From a virus (taxonomy: Duplodnaviria > Caudoviricetes), in the IMG/VR virus record IMGVR_UViG_3300011616_000006, positions 1 through 64,000 of that record: a stretch of 64,000 bases of DNA; one strand, 5' to 3'. Positions 7,927-18,307 of this stretch are shown in pieces (within the stretch, counting starts at the first letter, position 1; each line of letters begins with the position of its first letter). The notes beneath the pieces are model-generated. The model was given only the letters and a program-made list of their open reading frames with translations, did no database searches and had not been told where the DNA came from. The translations under genes were made by a program, and so were the position numbers.

Positions 7927-10700
7927 TCGTCGTCCTCCTCATCTACATTATAGTAATTGCGGAACTCAACCAAATTGACCATGTAGTTCGCTGTTTTTTC
8001 TTCTCCATTGGCTGGAATTCCAATGCCAAGGGCAAAGAGATAATTAGGCACATTTACACCCTCATCAATTTGACTTCGAAGAATTCCCTTATCATCTTTT
8101 TTTACTTTGTCCACACAAACAACATGTAATATAAGGAGTGGATTACGCTTAATATTGAGATATGCCTTATCTGGAATATGGCGTGCTTTTGGCTTTGTTA
8201 TCCGAAACTTATCTTCAGCAATTTTCTTTTCATCTTCAGTCAAACCAATTTTTGCTGCACCACCGGCACCAACGCGAACCTTTGTTCCACTAATGCTAAT
8301 TTGTCTATTTGTTGCTTTAACGGCACGCTTTTCAGGTTTTATTTGTAAATCTTCTTCACCGCACTTTATCTTATAAGTTTCATCATCACTTCCTTCAGCA
8401 ATGAATACATCCCAATTTCCCATATCAACATCATCTCTTATAAAATCAGCCAATGCTACACCTTGGAAATTGAGTTGCCACGGATGAGTTACAAAATCTC
8501 GGAGAAGTTGCTCAACCTCGTCTTTGCTAACACCTTTCCAAAAATAACGGGCATCATTGCGCTTGGTGCGTACTCCTATATCGGGCAAACGTTTGACAAA
8601 ATCTTTAAAAACTTCTTCATTCGCAATTAACGAACTCTCATCAGATTTTAGGCGGGGTGTTTCAAGTAAGCGCCCTGAAACAGTAATAGGACGCTTCACA
8701 AATGTCGCTGCACGCATCTTATTTCTTGCAGTAACAATCAAAGATGCTGGATCTTGACGAACTTTGAGTCCGAAATCCATCGGTGTTAGGTTAGCGTTCT
8801 TCATTCGTGCAATTTCCAGTTTCAATTCCTCAGAAGCACTCGTTATGTAGCCATACCAATCAATCGCCTCAACACTAATCCAAATTTTAAATAAATCCTC
8901 ATAGTTTGGGCGATATCCGAACCACCGTCCCATTTGGAGCAATGTATCATACATCAGAGAACGACGATAAAAATAACTTACACATAATCCTTCTAAAGTT
9001 AATCCTCTGGAAAGGCTATTACCACCAACGGCAATGACCCGAAGACCGTCTTCTTTATGTTTAAAATAATCAAGGCTTGTTGCCCCACTCTGTTGGTTGA
9101 CAGCTCTAACATCAACCGGAGATACCGCTTTGAAAAGGTAACCTGATAAAAACGTATGCCACGATATTGTGACTCCAGACTTGCTTGCCGCTTCATAAAG
9201 CTTGTGTTTTGTCCATACTTCCTTAAGATATGCAATGTTTGATATCTTATCACTTTCGATTTCTAAAAGACTAGCGTAGTTTTGTAAATCCGAACGCACC
9301 TGTATTACCCAAGCTGTTGCTAAATCACGAATTTCATTTTGAACATCTGTAAAACGACTGACATGAATCATCATTGAACGATGTGATCGAACATCTCCTC
9401 GAAGATCCCGTATACCATTGACTAACAAAAAATATGCCATGGCTTCCTTCATGCTCGGTGGTAATTCCGTCACAAGGTGTCCTTTGCGATGATTAAAAGG
9501 AAAAAAAGAATTCATTTCCATTGGATAAATTGGTTCGAGAACGTCCTTGTACTTGGCAACTTCCCCTTCGTCACCACCAAAAATGTCTTCAGCTCCAATA
9601 TAATCTGTCGGTGGTGATAGAGCATAAATAAAGTCTCTCGGAAAAAGGTCATCCCCCCTCATTTCATCCGCACTATCAGGATTAATGAATATATTCGCAT
9701 ATGGTGTGGCAGTAATACCAAGATAAGAGGCTTGACGGAATAACTTAAGCAATTCTCGAATTGCCTTATTTATAGCTGTCGGGTCTTTTTCTGGATCGTT
9801 TGTATTTACAGATGCATTATCAGCTTCATCATCTATAAGTAAAAGAGATTTACTGATTGCACCTCTAGTATCAGCATTATTGCTTTTTAACCAACGAATA
9901 AGGTTGTTAAGTATACTCTTGTTCTTCTTGATTACAAAAACCACAGTTGTATTCACACTATGTAGAGAAAGACTAAGTTGGCGCAAAATATTTTTATCAA
10001 AGTCTTTTACAACTGAGGTAAAAGACTCAATCCTTTTTTCCTGCCCATATTTACCTACACCGACAGGGATATTTTCAATGTCACGTTTTGGGTCAAGAAG
10101 GTACTCGCTCTTTCTCCCTGAAAACTCTGCATCTAAACGCTCCTGTGTTTGTTGACGAAGATTTTCCATCATACCTGCAAGAACAATAATAACGTTATAG
10201 CCTGTGTCTGCCGCCTTGTTGCATATAGCAGTATAATTGGCCGTTTTCCCGGATTGTACATCACCAAGTACTAAACCGCGTCGTTGAAAGGATTCATCAC
10301 TTAAAGGATCTCCTAGCAAATCAACAATTTCATCAGATACACGATCAAGGCTACCTGTTACACGTGCATTCCAGCCTTTTACCTCTTCAAGATATGTCTT
10401 GTATCGTTTCCAAAAAAAGAAATCTAAGTCCGCACGACGCGCTGGAAGCCATGATTGATGCGGGCATTTACTATCAACGATAGCAATTCCTAAATCCATC
10501 TGAACAACAACCTTGACCTTTAGCCTGCGCCTAATCTCTGCGAATTCTCCATCGCTTACAGGATACAATGGCTGAATCAATTCACGTATCTTAATCGCCA
10601 TCTCCTCAAATTGTGCCTCAGTTGGCGGTGAATCCGGATACTCTTTATTGATGCTAGAAGAAATCATACCTTCCAATTGTTCAACATTACTTGCTGCCAT
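7923..10700 (-). CDS. Z1 domain SF2-helicase-like/endonuclease protein (MzaC-like)
   Basis: GDVQSGKT, IDDEAD, TATPYAN, SRGLTLEGL and DTLLQMGRWFGYR motifs. Confidence 0.92.
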   Translation of the reverse strand: MAASNVEQLEGMISSSINKEYPDSPPTEAQFEEMAIKIRELIQPLYPVSDGEFAEIRRRLKVKVVVQMDLGIAIVDSKCPHQSWLPARRADLDFFFWKRYKTYLEEVKGWNARVTGSLDRVSDEIVDLLGDPLSDESFQRRGLVLGDVQSGKTANYTAICNKAADTGYNVIIVLAGMMENLRQQTQERLDAEFSGRKSEYLLDPKRDIENIPVGVGKYGQEKRIESFTSVVKDFDKNILRQLSLSLHSVNTTVVFVIKKNKSILNNLIRWLKSNNADTRGAISKSLLLIDDEADNASVNTNDPEKDPTAINKAIRELLKLFRQASYLGITATPYANIFINPDSADEMRGDDLFPRDFIYALSPPTDYIGAEDIFGGDEGEVAKYKDVLEPIYPMEMNSFFPFNHRKGHLVTELPPSMKEAMAYFLLVNGIRDLRGDVRSHRSMMIHVSRFTDVQNEIRDLATAWVIQVRSDLQNYASLLEIESDKISNIAYLKEVWTKHKLYEAASKSGVTISWHTFLSGYLFKAVSPVDVRAVNQQSGATSLDYFKHKEDGLRVIAVGGNSLSRGLTLEGLCVSYFYRRSLMYDTLLQMGRWFGYRPNYEDLFKIWISVEAIDWYGYITSASEELKLEIARMKNANLTPMDFGLKVRQDPASLIVTARNKMRAATFVKRPITVSGRLLETPRLKSDESSLIANEEVFKDFVKRLPDIGVRTKRNDARYFWKGVSKDEVEQLLRDFVTHPWQLNFQGVALADFIRDDVDMGNWDVFIAEGSDDETYKIKCGEEDLQIKPEKRAVKATNRQISISGTKVRVGAGGAAKIGLTEDEKKIAEDKFRITKPKARHIPDKAYLNIKRNPLLILHVVCVDKVKKDDKGILRSQIDEGVNVPNYLFALGIGIPANGEEKTANYMVNLVEFRNYYNVDEEDDE

Positions 10701-12162
10701 GCCTCGTGTCTCCTTTTCGATACTTATTTATAAGCTGAGGATAGTGAATAAATGGGTCTGAAGTAGCAAGACTTTCTAATAACGCAGCTTTTCCCGCATC
10801 TGTTGAAATCTGCTCGAGCAAACCAGTCAGAATCCTTTCAACCTCCTGTATGCTTGTTTCCGTTTCATTTTCAACCTGCCTCTCGGAAGTCAAATCAATA
10901 TATAGTTGGTTGAGCGGAATGTTGTTTTCAATAATTCTTAGCAACGATTCCATATTATGCTTTACTTGTGGTGTGGAATCCGAAAACATATCAACCAATG
11001 GGTGATCACGATTGATACTGTAATAGAAACCTCCCTGTTTTCCTTTGAATCGATCCCAAATATGAACGACCGAATCGTGAGTTTCCTTCTTTCCTCGATA
11101 CTCCCAAGTTCTCTTACTATATGCCGCAAGCCTCTCTATTACTGATGTAAGGTTATTTCTTACCTCCTCAGGTGGCATTGCAGTTGATTTCTTAATATCC
11201 AATGTCCAAAGGTCATCTAACTCATTCGGAATATCCACTTGAACCCTTGCTAATTTAGACAGCTCGCCTTGCCGCATCATGCGAAACCATGTTCCCCAAA
11301 CCAAAAGTCTTTTATTGCGGTATATATAGAAGCCTTGTCTTTTACGAAGACCTTCTTTCCCGCCAAGTGCTGTTATCTCATTTGCCGACAATGCCGATAT
11401 GTGGGGAAGTATGTATGGACGAATAATAACCGCTACTCCTTCAATATTCATAACTTCATCTGCCATCACCTGTGTATTTCGCCTCGCCAAAAAAGGGTCT
11501 GCTGGTTCAATAGGGACGTTGTTCATTTTAATCTGCATCTTCTTAAGACCATTTTCACCATCAATATACCGATGAAAAACCAAGGAAAGATGCGAACGAA
11601 CATCATCCATCTTTTTTCCCATCGAGCGATTGAAATCAAGTTCTCCAATTTTGAGTCTATCGAGATTTTGCCATATAACAAGTGTTCCCGAATCCAGTTT
11701 TTTTAACTCTTCAATGCATGGGATAGCTTCTATCTCATCATCTGAATCAAGAATCAGCAATGACCAATCCTTAGTATTAATAACATGGTCAATATCCCAA
11801 CGCCGCCCTTCAATATGCTCCCCTTGTTTACTAATAACTGTCAGTATTCGACATTGAGAAAGAGAGGCCGTTTTTAACCCCAAACCAAAACGGCCGAGAT
11901 CACTGGCTTCACGTTTTTCATTCGGACTTTGACTACCATAACGCATAGCTGCTTCAAGTTCAGAAGCAGTCATCCCTATACCATTATCCAAAATTGCAAT
12001 ATACGAATCCCCAACTGGAAAGAAAAAAATATCAACACACGAAGCAAAGGCTGATACACTATTATCAATAATATCAGCAATTGCTGATTCAAGCGTATAA
12101 CCTATCGCGCGAGTAGATTCTATAAGAGTTGGTGCATAAGGTGGCAACGGAACACTTTTCAT
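10687..12162 (-). CDS. MORC/MutL-like GHKL ATPase (HATPase_c_3; MzaB-like)
   Basis: ADIIDNS, DNGIGM, GRFGLGLK and GT motifs. Confidence 0.9.
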   Translation of the reverse strand: MKSVPLPPYAPTLIESTRAIGYTLESAIADIIDNSVSAFASCVDIFFFPVGDSYIAILDNGIGMTASELEAAMRYGSQSPNEKREASDLGRFGLGLKTASLSQCRILTVISKQGEHIEGRRWDIDHVINTKDWSLLILDSDDEIEAIPCIEELKKLDSGTLVIWQNLDRLKIGELDFNRSMGKKMDDVRSHLSLVFHRYIDGENGLKKMQIKMNNVPIEPADPFLARRNTQVMADEVMNIEGVAVIIRPYILPHISALSANEITALGGKEGLRKRQGFYIYRNKRLLVWGTWFRMMRQGELSKLARVQVDIPNELDDLWTLDIKKSTAMPPEEVRNNLTSVIERLAAYSKRTWEYRGKKETHDSVVHIWDRFKGKQGGFYYSINRDHPLVDMFSDSTPQVKHNMESLLRIIENNIPLNQLYIDLTSERQVENETETSIQEVERILTGLLEQISTDAGKAALLESLATSDPFIHYPQLINKYRKGDTRHGSK

Positions 12163-12205
12163 ATGTATCTCCCTTTCCTTTTTCTTGTTAGTAATGTATT
12201 TCCAC

Positions 12206-12448
12206 TCATTTTAGTAACTGTATTTTATACCTCTGCTGCCCAGAAGTAGTTTTCTCAATCGGCTGCATTCTACCGGTATTCCTATTTACATGGTTAAGAA
12301 ACAGCGTACCAAGTAACAACCTATCCTTGCGTGGTATTCGATTCCACTCATATCCTTTAAACAATTCTTTCACAAGAAAGATCTCACCGTCATTTAGATT
12401 CTCAGTTTCCTTCAGCGCAAATTCTAATAATTCATTGACATCGTACAT
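12206..12448 (-). CDS. DUF1413-like small winged-helix / ssDNA-binding protein
   Basis: 80 aa; F.VKELFKGYEW..I....R..LG..F...QQRY pattern; AGGAGG RBS. Confidence 0.7.
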   Translation of the reverse strand: MYDVNELLEFALKETENLNDGEIFLVKELFKGYEWNRIPRKDRLLLGTLFLNHVNRNTGRMQPIEKTTSGQQRYKIQLLK

Positions 12449-12493
12449 CTTTATCCTCCTGACAATCGCAACAACAACGTTGTTAATAATACT

Positions 12494-12521
12494 ATTATAC
12501 TCATTTCTGTGACTTTGTCAA
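12494..12521 (-). promoter_or_regulatory. Consensus sigma-A promoter for the defence operon
   Basis: TTGACA (12521-12516), 16 bp spacer, TATAAT (12499-12494). Confidence 0.8.
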
Positions 12522-12530
12522 TCCATAGAC

Positions 12531-12575
12531 AAAAAACAGCCCCATCCACAAGCCATTTCTAGCCGTGAATGGGGC
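12531..12575 (-). terminator. Intrinsic terminator after the recombinase module
   Basis: GCCCCATTCAC...GTGGATGGGGC followed by TGTTTTTT on -. Confidence 0.8.
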
Positions 12576-12590
12576 AGTCCTTTTATGACC

Positions 12591-14156
12591 TTACAACTCA
12601 ACTTCAATCTCTATTCCAGACTTAAACCGAACCAACAACTGCTTATCATGCACCATGACACGTTCCACCAACTTTCTAACCAGCTTATCGTCATACTCAG
12701 TAATGCCGTTGCCTTGCTTTTTCAGAAATTTCTCCATGTCCTTAATCCGCTGCCTTTTGGTGTGTCGTTCTGCGTTATGCTCCATTGTTTCCTGCTTGAG
12801 CTCTCGTAGGCGGTAAATTTCATCAACCATCGACTCGTAACCCTCTTTTGAATTCGCTTGCTTGATAAGTTCATTTTGCAGTTCCGTAAGCTGATGCTCA
12901 ATACTATCCGTATCCTTATCAAACCTCTCACCAAGAACCGTGGCAATGTTGTCCATGAGTATCCCAAGGAATTCATCCCGTTCCGAAACAGTCTGGTTTA
13001 TCGCCTTCAAAACAGCATTCTGTAAATCTGATTCAGCAATAGTAGGTGCTGTACATTCAGCTCCCTTTTCCTCCAGTCTACTCACACATCGCCAGACAAT
13101 AGATTTCTTACCCCTATTATTCCAATGTACTCGGCGATAAATATCACCGCATTCGCTGCAAAATACAATACTTGAAAGTGCATATCTGGAGCTGTAAACT
13201 CGCTTACTGCCATTTCCCGTCCGCAGATTAGCTCTGCGGGCAATCTCCTCCTGCACCTGCATATATAATTCCCTCGGAATAATGGCTTCATGAGAATTTT
13301 CTACATAATATTGTGGAACAATGCCGTTATTGACCACTCGCTTCTTTGAAAGAAAGTCGACCGTGTATGTCTTTTGGAGTAAGGCATCGCCAATATACTT
13401 CTCATTCTGAAGAATTTTCTTAACCGACTCTGGTCTCCATCTTGGTTTGTTTGCCGCCGTCAGTATGCCATCTGCTTCTAGTCCTCTACCAATCTGCAGA
13501 AGGCTTGCTCCTTCCAAATATTCTCGGTAAATCCGCTTTATAATCTCCGCTTCCTCTGGAACAATCACCAACTTTTTATTCTCGTCCTTGGTATAGCCCA
13601 TGAAACGGTTATGATTGATTTGCATCTGCCCTTTTTGAAAGCGGAAGGCGATACCCATTTTTACATTTTGACTGGTGGAGCGTGATTCCTCCTGAGCAAT
13701 AGACGCCATAATAGTCAGCATTAGCTCTCCCTTGCTGTCGGTGGAAATAATGTTCTCTTTCTCAAAAAACACTGGGATATTCTTTTCTTTCAGCTGTCTT
13801 GTGTAGTTCAAAGTATCAAGTGTATTTCTCGCAAATCTGCTCACGGACTTGGTTATCACATAATCGATTTTACCAGCCATGCAATCTTCAATCAGACGGT
13901 TAAAATCTGTTCGCTTCCTTGTAGTAACGCCACTGGTAGCCTCATCTGCATATATGCCAGCAAACTCCCATTCTGGATTCTGTTGTATATGACTCGTGTA
14001 ATGACTAACCTGAGCTTCATAGCTCGTAAGCTGTTCTTCATCATCCGTTGACACTCTGCAATATGCCGCCACTTTTAATTTTTCTCTGACCACACCACTC
14101 ACAGTAGATGCCATCCGTGATCGTGCCGGAATTACTGATATTATAGGTTGCTCCAT
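12591..14156 (-). CDS. Large serine recombinase (resolvase + recombinase + Zn ribbon)
   Basis: YCRVST, KSVSRFARN, NEKYIGD, CSECG..WRC motifs. Confidence 0.95.
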   Translation of the reverse strand: MEQPIISVIPARSRMASTVSGVVREKLKVAAYCRVSTDDEEQLTSYEAQVSHYTSHIQQNPEWEFAGIYADEATSGVTTRKRTDFNRLIEDCMAGKIDYVITKSVSRFARNTLDTLNYTRQLKEKNIPVFFEKENIISTDSKGELMLTIMASIAQEESRSTSQNVKMGIAFRFQKGQMQINHNRFMGYTKDENKKLVIVPEEAEIIKRIYREYLEGASLLQIGRGLEADGILTAANKPRWRPESVKKILQNEKYIGDALLQKTYTVDFLSKKRVVNNGIVPQYYVENSHEAIIPRELYMQVQEEIARRANLRTGNGSKRVYSSRYALSSIVFCSECGDIYRRVHWNNRGKKSIVWRCVSRLEEKGAECTAPTIAESDLQNAVLKAINQTVSERDEFLGILMDNIATVLGERFDKDTDSIEHQLTELQNELIKQANSKEGYESMVDEIYRLRELKQETMEHNAERHTKRQRIKDMEKFLKKQGNGITEYDDKLVRKLVERVMVHDKQLLVRFKSGIEIEVEL

Positions 14157-14932
14157 TTATTCTCCTCCCCATATTGTTTATCGTTTATCAACACAAACGT
14201 CAGCGTGCCGCTTGATGCAACCTCAATGCGTTTGATTATGTTCGCCATAAATTCGCCATCAAACTCCGTTGGTATATTCTGCAGTGCAGCAATTAACTTT
14301 CCTGTTTGATATTTAAAATCATCAATCGTTGTCTGCGAATATGCATACTCTGCTTGTTTGAATGGGTCATCAAATTTTTTCCGGATTTGAATGTCTGTTT
14401 TATCGGACTTCGATTGTACATCGGAAATATCTATCTGAGCGACCATTTTTATTAGCGCATCTTCTAATCTGTTTTCAGAAAACGTTGGGCCGTCACAATA
14501 GCTTACGCCGTCCAATGCTCGTCTGCTGCATATCCAACGTTCTTTTCTGTGTTCCCAATATCTCCGATATTCACTTCCACACTTAGAGCAGAATATTTTT
14601 CCCAAGAAAGGAGAACGTCCAGAACCGTCTTTTGAAAAATAATTTTTATCCCGACCAAGTGCCATGGCTTTCAGTTGTCGAATCTCATAGGCTTTGTTCC
14701 ATAGTTCTTCGCTGACGATGGCTGGATAAAAGTCATCACCCATATAGAGCCTTCTGTCTAGCATTCTCCCAAGTGTTGCATGTGTACGATCAATCCCAGC
14801 TTTATTACCAGCCTCCTGTATGGCACATCCTGACACATACTCCTCAAAGAGGATTTGAATTTGTTTTGCTTTAACAGTATCCAGCACAGCCTTGCCATTT
14901 TCAATTTTATAGCCATATGGTATGTGTCCCAT
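14141..14932 (-). CDS. Recombinase/Zn-ribbon protein lacking the catalytic resolvase domain
   Basis: PYGY, YMGDDFYPAIV and CSKCG motifs; no YxRxS; translationally coupled to both neighbours. Confidence 0.85.
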   Translation of the reverse strand: MGHIPYGYKIENGKAVLDTVKAKQIQILFEEYVSGCAIQEAGNKAGIDRTHATLGRMLDRRLYMGDDFYPAIVSEELWNKAYEIRQLKAMALGRDKNYFSKDGSGRSPFLGKIFCSKCGSEYRRYWEHRKERWICSRRALDGVSYCDGPTFSENRLEDALIKMVAQIDISDVQSKSDKTDIQIRKKFDDPFKQAEYAYSQTTIDDFKYQTGKLIAALQNIPTEFDGEFMANIIKRIEVASSGTLTFVLINDKQYGEENKWSNL

Positions 14933-16503
14933 TATCTCACCATCCTTTCCTTTAGAAATAATCCGCATTTCAATTGAAAACCAACTTCTGTCGGTGAAAG
15001 TACAGTAATGCCATCTGCAAACTCCACAAAAATCTCATCGCTGTATTCTTCCGTGATTTCCGTCTTATTAAGATGCTTAAGCAGTGCTTCCGCTTCATGA
15101 AGAAGACTTCTTTCACCATCTACATAACAATGCATTGCCAGTGCCTCGTCTTTCAACTTAGTAATCTCCATTTGGAGCAGGTTATACTTTTCGTTAAAAA
15201 GAGCAGGCTCCAAGTAGCCTTTGGACATGAGTCCTGTTAGCACTTGTACCTGCTCAGAGTTTTCTCTTATTTGTTTTTGGATTACCAGTAATTCTGAATT
15301 ATTTTCGTTGCCCTCAGTGTTCTTTAGCTCTGCAATCAGTGGCTTTAATATTACATTTCTTCCGCTATAGAGCCGATTCATCATTGTCACAAAAGCAGTT
15401 TTCAGGTTATCCTCACGGATATAAATCATGGAGCATTCTGTACCGCCCGAATCAATATGCTTGTTACAGCACCATGCGATATACTCACTAGGCCTATGTT
15501 TCATATGAATTCTTCTTTTGAAAGTCCCACCGCATTCGCCACATATAATTTTACTTGAAAAGGCATATCGTTTTCCGTATTTCCTGCTACCTTTTTCAAT
15601 CCCTTTCTCTTTTCCATGCTGCATTATAATGCGGTCCACTGCCACAAAGTCCTCACGGCTGATAATCGCTTCATGATGATTCGTAACATAATATTGCTCT
15701 TCCTCACCGTTATTTTTTCTTCTTGTAAAACTATCATCGGTATAAGACTTTTGAAAAAGTGCATCACCAATATATTTTTCATTTTCAAGAATTGCCCGGA
15801 CACTTTTATATGACCATGCACCACCACGCTTTGCTAAGATTCCATCATCGTTAAGTCTGTTCGCAACCGCATGTGTTCCGCTCCCAGCTAAAACCTCTGC
15901 AAAAATACGTTTCACAATCGGTGCTTGTTCGGGGTTTGGAATTAGCGTCTTTCCATCATAATCATATCCATATGGTGAGCTTCCAAGTTTGTATGTCCCA
16001 TTTTGAAAACGTTTCTTAACACTCCACTTGTTGTTCTTGGATATGGACACCGACTCCTCTGCTGCAAGGGAACTAAGGATGGACAAAATCAATTCACTGT
16101 CCATCGTGCCAGTGTTGATGTTTTCCTTTTCAAATATGATGGAAACACTGAGGTCTGTCATCTTACGAACAATCTCTAAGCAATCTTTTGTATTTCTCGC
16201 AAATCGACTAATGGATTTTGTAACAATTAAGTCCACTTTGCGATTTTCGCAGTCACGTATAAGATCTAAGAGACCATTTCTATTATCCTTTTTTGTTGCA
16301 CTGACCCCTTCGTCAAAATATAAGCCTACAAAGTCCCAAGCAGAGTTGGATTTGATATAAGCTGTATAATGTGTTCTTTGATTTTCAAGACTTGACAATT
16401 GTTCTGTGCTGTCCGTTGACACTCTGCAGTATGCAGCAACACGGAGCTTTCTTTGTGGTGCAAGTGATGAATCAGCAATCGAATTTATTTTCGTCACTTT
16501 CAT
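14932..16503 (-). CDS. Large serine recombinase
   Basis: YCRVST, KSISRFARN, NEKYIGD and CGECG motifs; AGGAGG RBS before ATG 16503. Confidence 0.95.
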   Translation of the reverse strand: MKVTKINSIADSSLAPQRKLRVAAYCRVSTDSTEQLSSLENQRTHYTAYIKSNSAWDFVGLYFDEGVSATKKDNRNGLLDLIRDCENRKVDLIVTKSISRFARNTKDCLEIVRKMTDLSVSIIFEKENINTGTMDSELILSILSSLAAEESVSISKNNKWSVKKRFQNGTYKLGSSPYGYDYDGKTLIPNPEQAPIVKRIFAEVLAGSGTHAVANRLNDDGILAKRGGAWSYKSVRAILENEKYIGDALFQKSYTDDSFTRRKNNGEEEQYYVTNHHEAIISREDFVAVDRIIMQHGKEKGIEKGSRKYGKRYAFSSKIICGECGGTFKRRIHMKHRPSEYIAWCCNKHIDSGGTECSMIYIREDNLKTAFVTMMNRLYSGRNVILKPLIAELKNTEGNENNSELLVIQKQIRENSEQVQVLTGLMSKGYLEPALFNEKYNLLQMEITKLKDEALAMHCYVDGERSLLHEAEALLKHLNKTEITEEYSDEIFVEFADGITVLSPTEVGFQLKCGLFLKERMVR

Positions 16504-16585
16504 ATCAATTTCCGCCTCCTTTCCAGCCGAATTTGGCTTCGGCTTGTGTGACATATTAACTCTAAAGGGCTATAATAGCAAGCAA

Positions 16586-16747
16586 TCAAGCCATTATTTC
16601 AGCCAGTTTCGGTGTAAAAGATTGACGATTTAATCGGTCTATTTTTGTGTACTCTTCCTGTGTAATTAACCCTTTTTCAAGCATCATTTGAAGTAGCTTT
16701 ACGGCTCGACTGTAACCAATTTCATTATAAAACTGCTCTTGTGACAT
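16586..16747 (-). CDS. SHOCT domain protein (candidate recombination accessory factor)
   Basis: MLEKGLITQEEY motif; directly upstream of the recombinases. Confidence 0.75.
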   Translation of the reverse strand: MSQEQFYNEIGYSRAVKLLQMMLEKGLITQEEYTKIDRLNRQSFTPKLAEIMA

Positions 16748-16845
16748 AAACGATACCTCCCATAACAGCAAGGCAGCTCCCCGATTATCTCAAAGAACCG
16801 CCTATACATTTTGTTTAAAACTTGAAGAGAGTGATTCCATTCACT

Positions 16846-17808
16846 CTAAACCTTGGTACAGTAATCAAGGGATATCCAACCAGCACCAGACTTTAGCTTC
16901 CCCCATCCGGCAGTAGAGCCTTGGCCGCTTTGCTCCTCAACAATGGTGAAAGTTCCAATGCCTGTGTATTTACCAGTTTTAGCATGATCCGTACTGGGGC
17001 CTTTGCGGATATTCAAATCTGCAATTTTCACTCGCACTTGATAAGGAAGCAATGAAGTGGTGACTCCCGAACTGCTACCATAATAGACCACCTTACCATT
17101 CATATTAAAAACTGAGTACCCAGCATTTTCATCGGCACATTTCTTGGCATTATCCCAAACCATAAACGCACCCTTCTGCGACTTGGTATCACCCCAGCTT
17201 TTACGGACACGGTACAAAGACGCGGCAGGGGAACTGCCTGTGCCTGTATTTCCCAACCTCACTTTAAATGCTCTCCATTTCGATTCATCACCGCTGTCTG
17301 CATTCCATCCGATGATACCCGGACACGGCTTGCCATTGACATCATAGTGCCGGATAACTTGATCCGCTTTGATACCGTATGTCCCCATCAGATATTTCAC
17401 AAGCTCCGCAGCTCTCGATACTACGGCATCAGTATAGCTGTAATACTTATCGTTTGCATTGGTCATTTTTCCAGTGCTGTTGGTAGAACAAATTTCAATG
17501 CCGATGCTGTTTGAATTCTTTGCCACACCATAAAGGGAGCCGCCCTTGTTGTTATACTTACTGCCGCCGCAGTGCCAGCAATAGCGATTTACAATATCCG
17601 GATTACACTGAATGATAGTTGCATCATCTACAATAAAATCAGCCGACGCACTGGCACTTGGATTCATGAACCATCCGGCAGTATTCGCCGCCGCTCCTGC
17701 TTTTGATGTGACTCCTGCAGTATAATGAATCACAATGTATTTAATTGCCCTGCCGCTGGCAGATGTGGTGTTTGCTGTACTTGTCTTTTTTGTAATCTGA
17801 ATCGCCAT
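16846..17808 (-). CDS. Endolysin: Amidase_2 plus C-terminal SH3b-like domains
   Basis: IVIHYTAG, SIGIEIC, RHYDVNGKPCPG; LNIRKGP...WGKLKSGAGWISL. Confidence 0.92.
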   Translation of the reverse strand: MAIQITKKTSTANTTSASGRAIKYIVIHYTAGVTSKAGAAANTAGWFMNPSASASADFIVDDATIIQCNPDIVNRYCWHCGGSKYNNKGGSLYGVAKNSNSIGIEICSTNSTGKMTNANDKYYSYTDAVVSRAAELVKYLMGTYGIKADQVIRHYDVNGKPCPGIIGWNADSGDESKWRAFKVRLGNTGTGSSPAASLYRVRKSWGDTKSQKGAFMVWDNAKKCADENAGYSVFNMNGKVVYYGSSSGVTTSLLPYQVRVKIADLNIRKGPSTDHAKTGKYTGIGTFTIVEEQSGQGSTAGWGKLKSGAGWISLDYCTKV

Positions 17809-18227
17809 TATTTGTCCTCCTCATTTTTTCCGTGATCATGTAGTTGTGCCAATGCCTCACGTAACTTCTCTGGCACCGGCAGACCTAATCGGGTAGCATT
17901 TTCAAGCAAAGAAATCCCTTCGTTGCTCAAATAAAAGAAAATAACAGCAGTCCGAAGAATACTGCCATCTCCAATAATTAAGCTGTCTAAGATATGTCCG
18001 ACACCGACCATAATGAAAATCAGGATTTTCCGAAACAGCCCTTTAAACCCGACCTCACTGGAAAGCCCCTTTTCTGCAATAGCACACATAATTCCCGTCA
18101 GATAATCAATTATCACAAAGGCGAGCAGGGCATATAAAAACCCGTCAAATCCGCCTAAAAACCAACCCAAGAAACCGCCAGCAACAGCAATTCCCCCTTG
18201 AATCCAGTTCCATATTTCTTTCATCAT
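17808..18227 (-). CDS. Phage holin (toxin secretion/phage lysis holin family)
   Basis: IDYLTG...SSEVGFKG...NEGISLLEN..LG motifs; adjacent to the endolysin. Confidence 0.9.
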   Translation of the reverse strand: MMKEIWNWIQGGIAVAGGFLGWFLGGFDGFLYALLAFVIIDYLTGIMCAIAEKGLSSEVGFKGLFRKILIFIMVGVGHILDSLIIGDGSILRTAVIFFYLSNEGISLLENATRLGLPVPEKLREALAQLHDHGKNEEDK

Positions 18228-18307
18228 TAAAACCTCCATTTTTGAATTTTGTGTATATAAAAACACCTGCCATTTCTGACAAGTGCTGAATTATAACTTT
18301 TTACTGG

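Noticed and set aside
18222-18227. Holin dual-start (holin/antiholin) motif
   Set aside because: Adjacent Met-Met without an intervening basic residue does not fit the lambda S Met-Lys-Met pattern.
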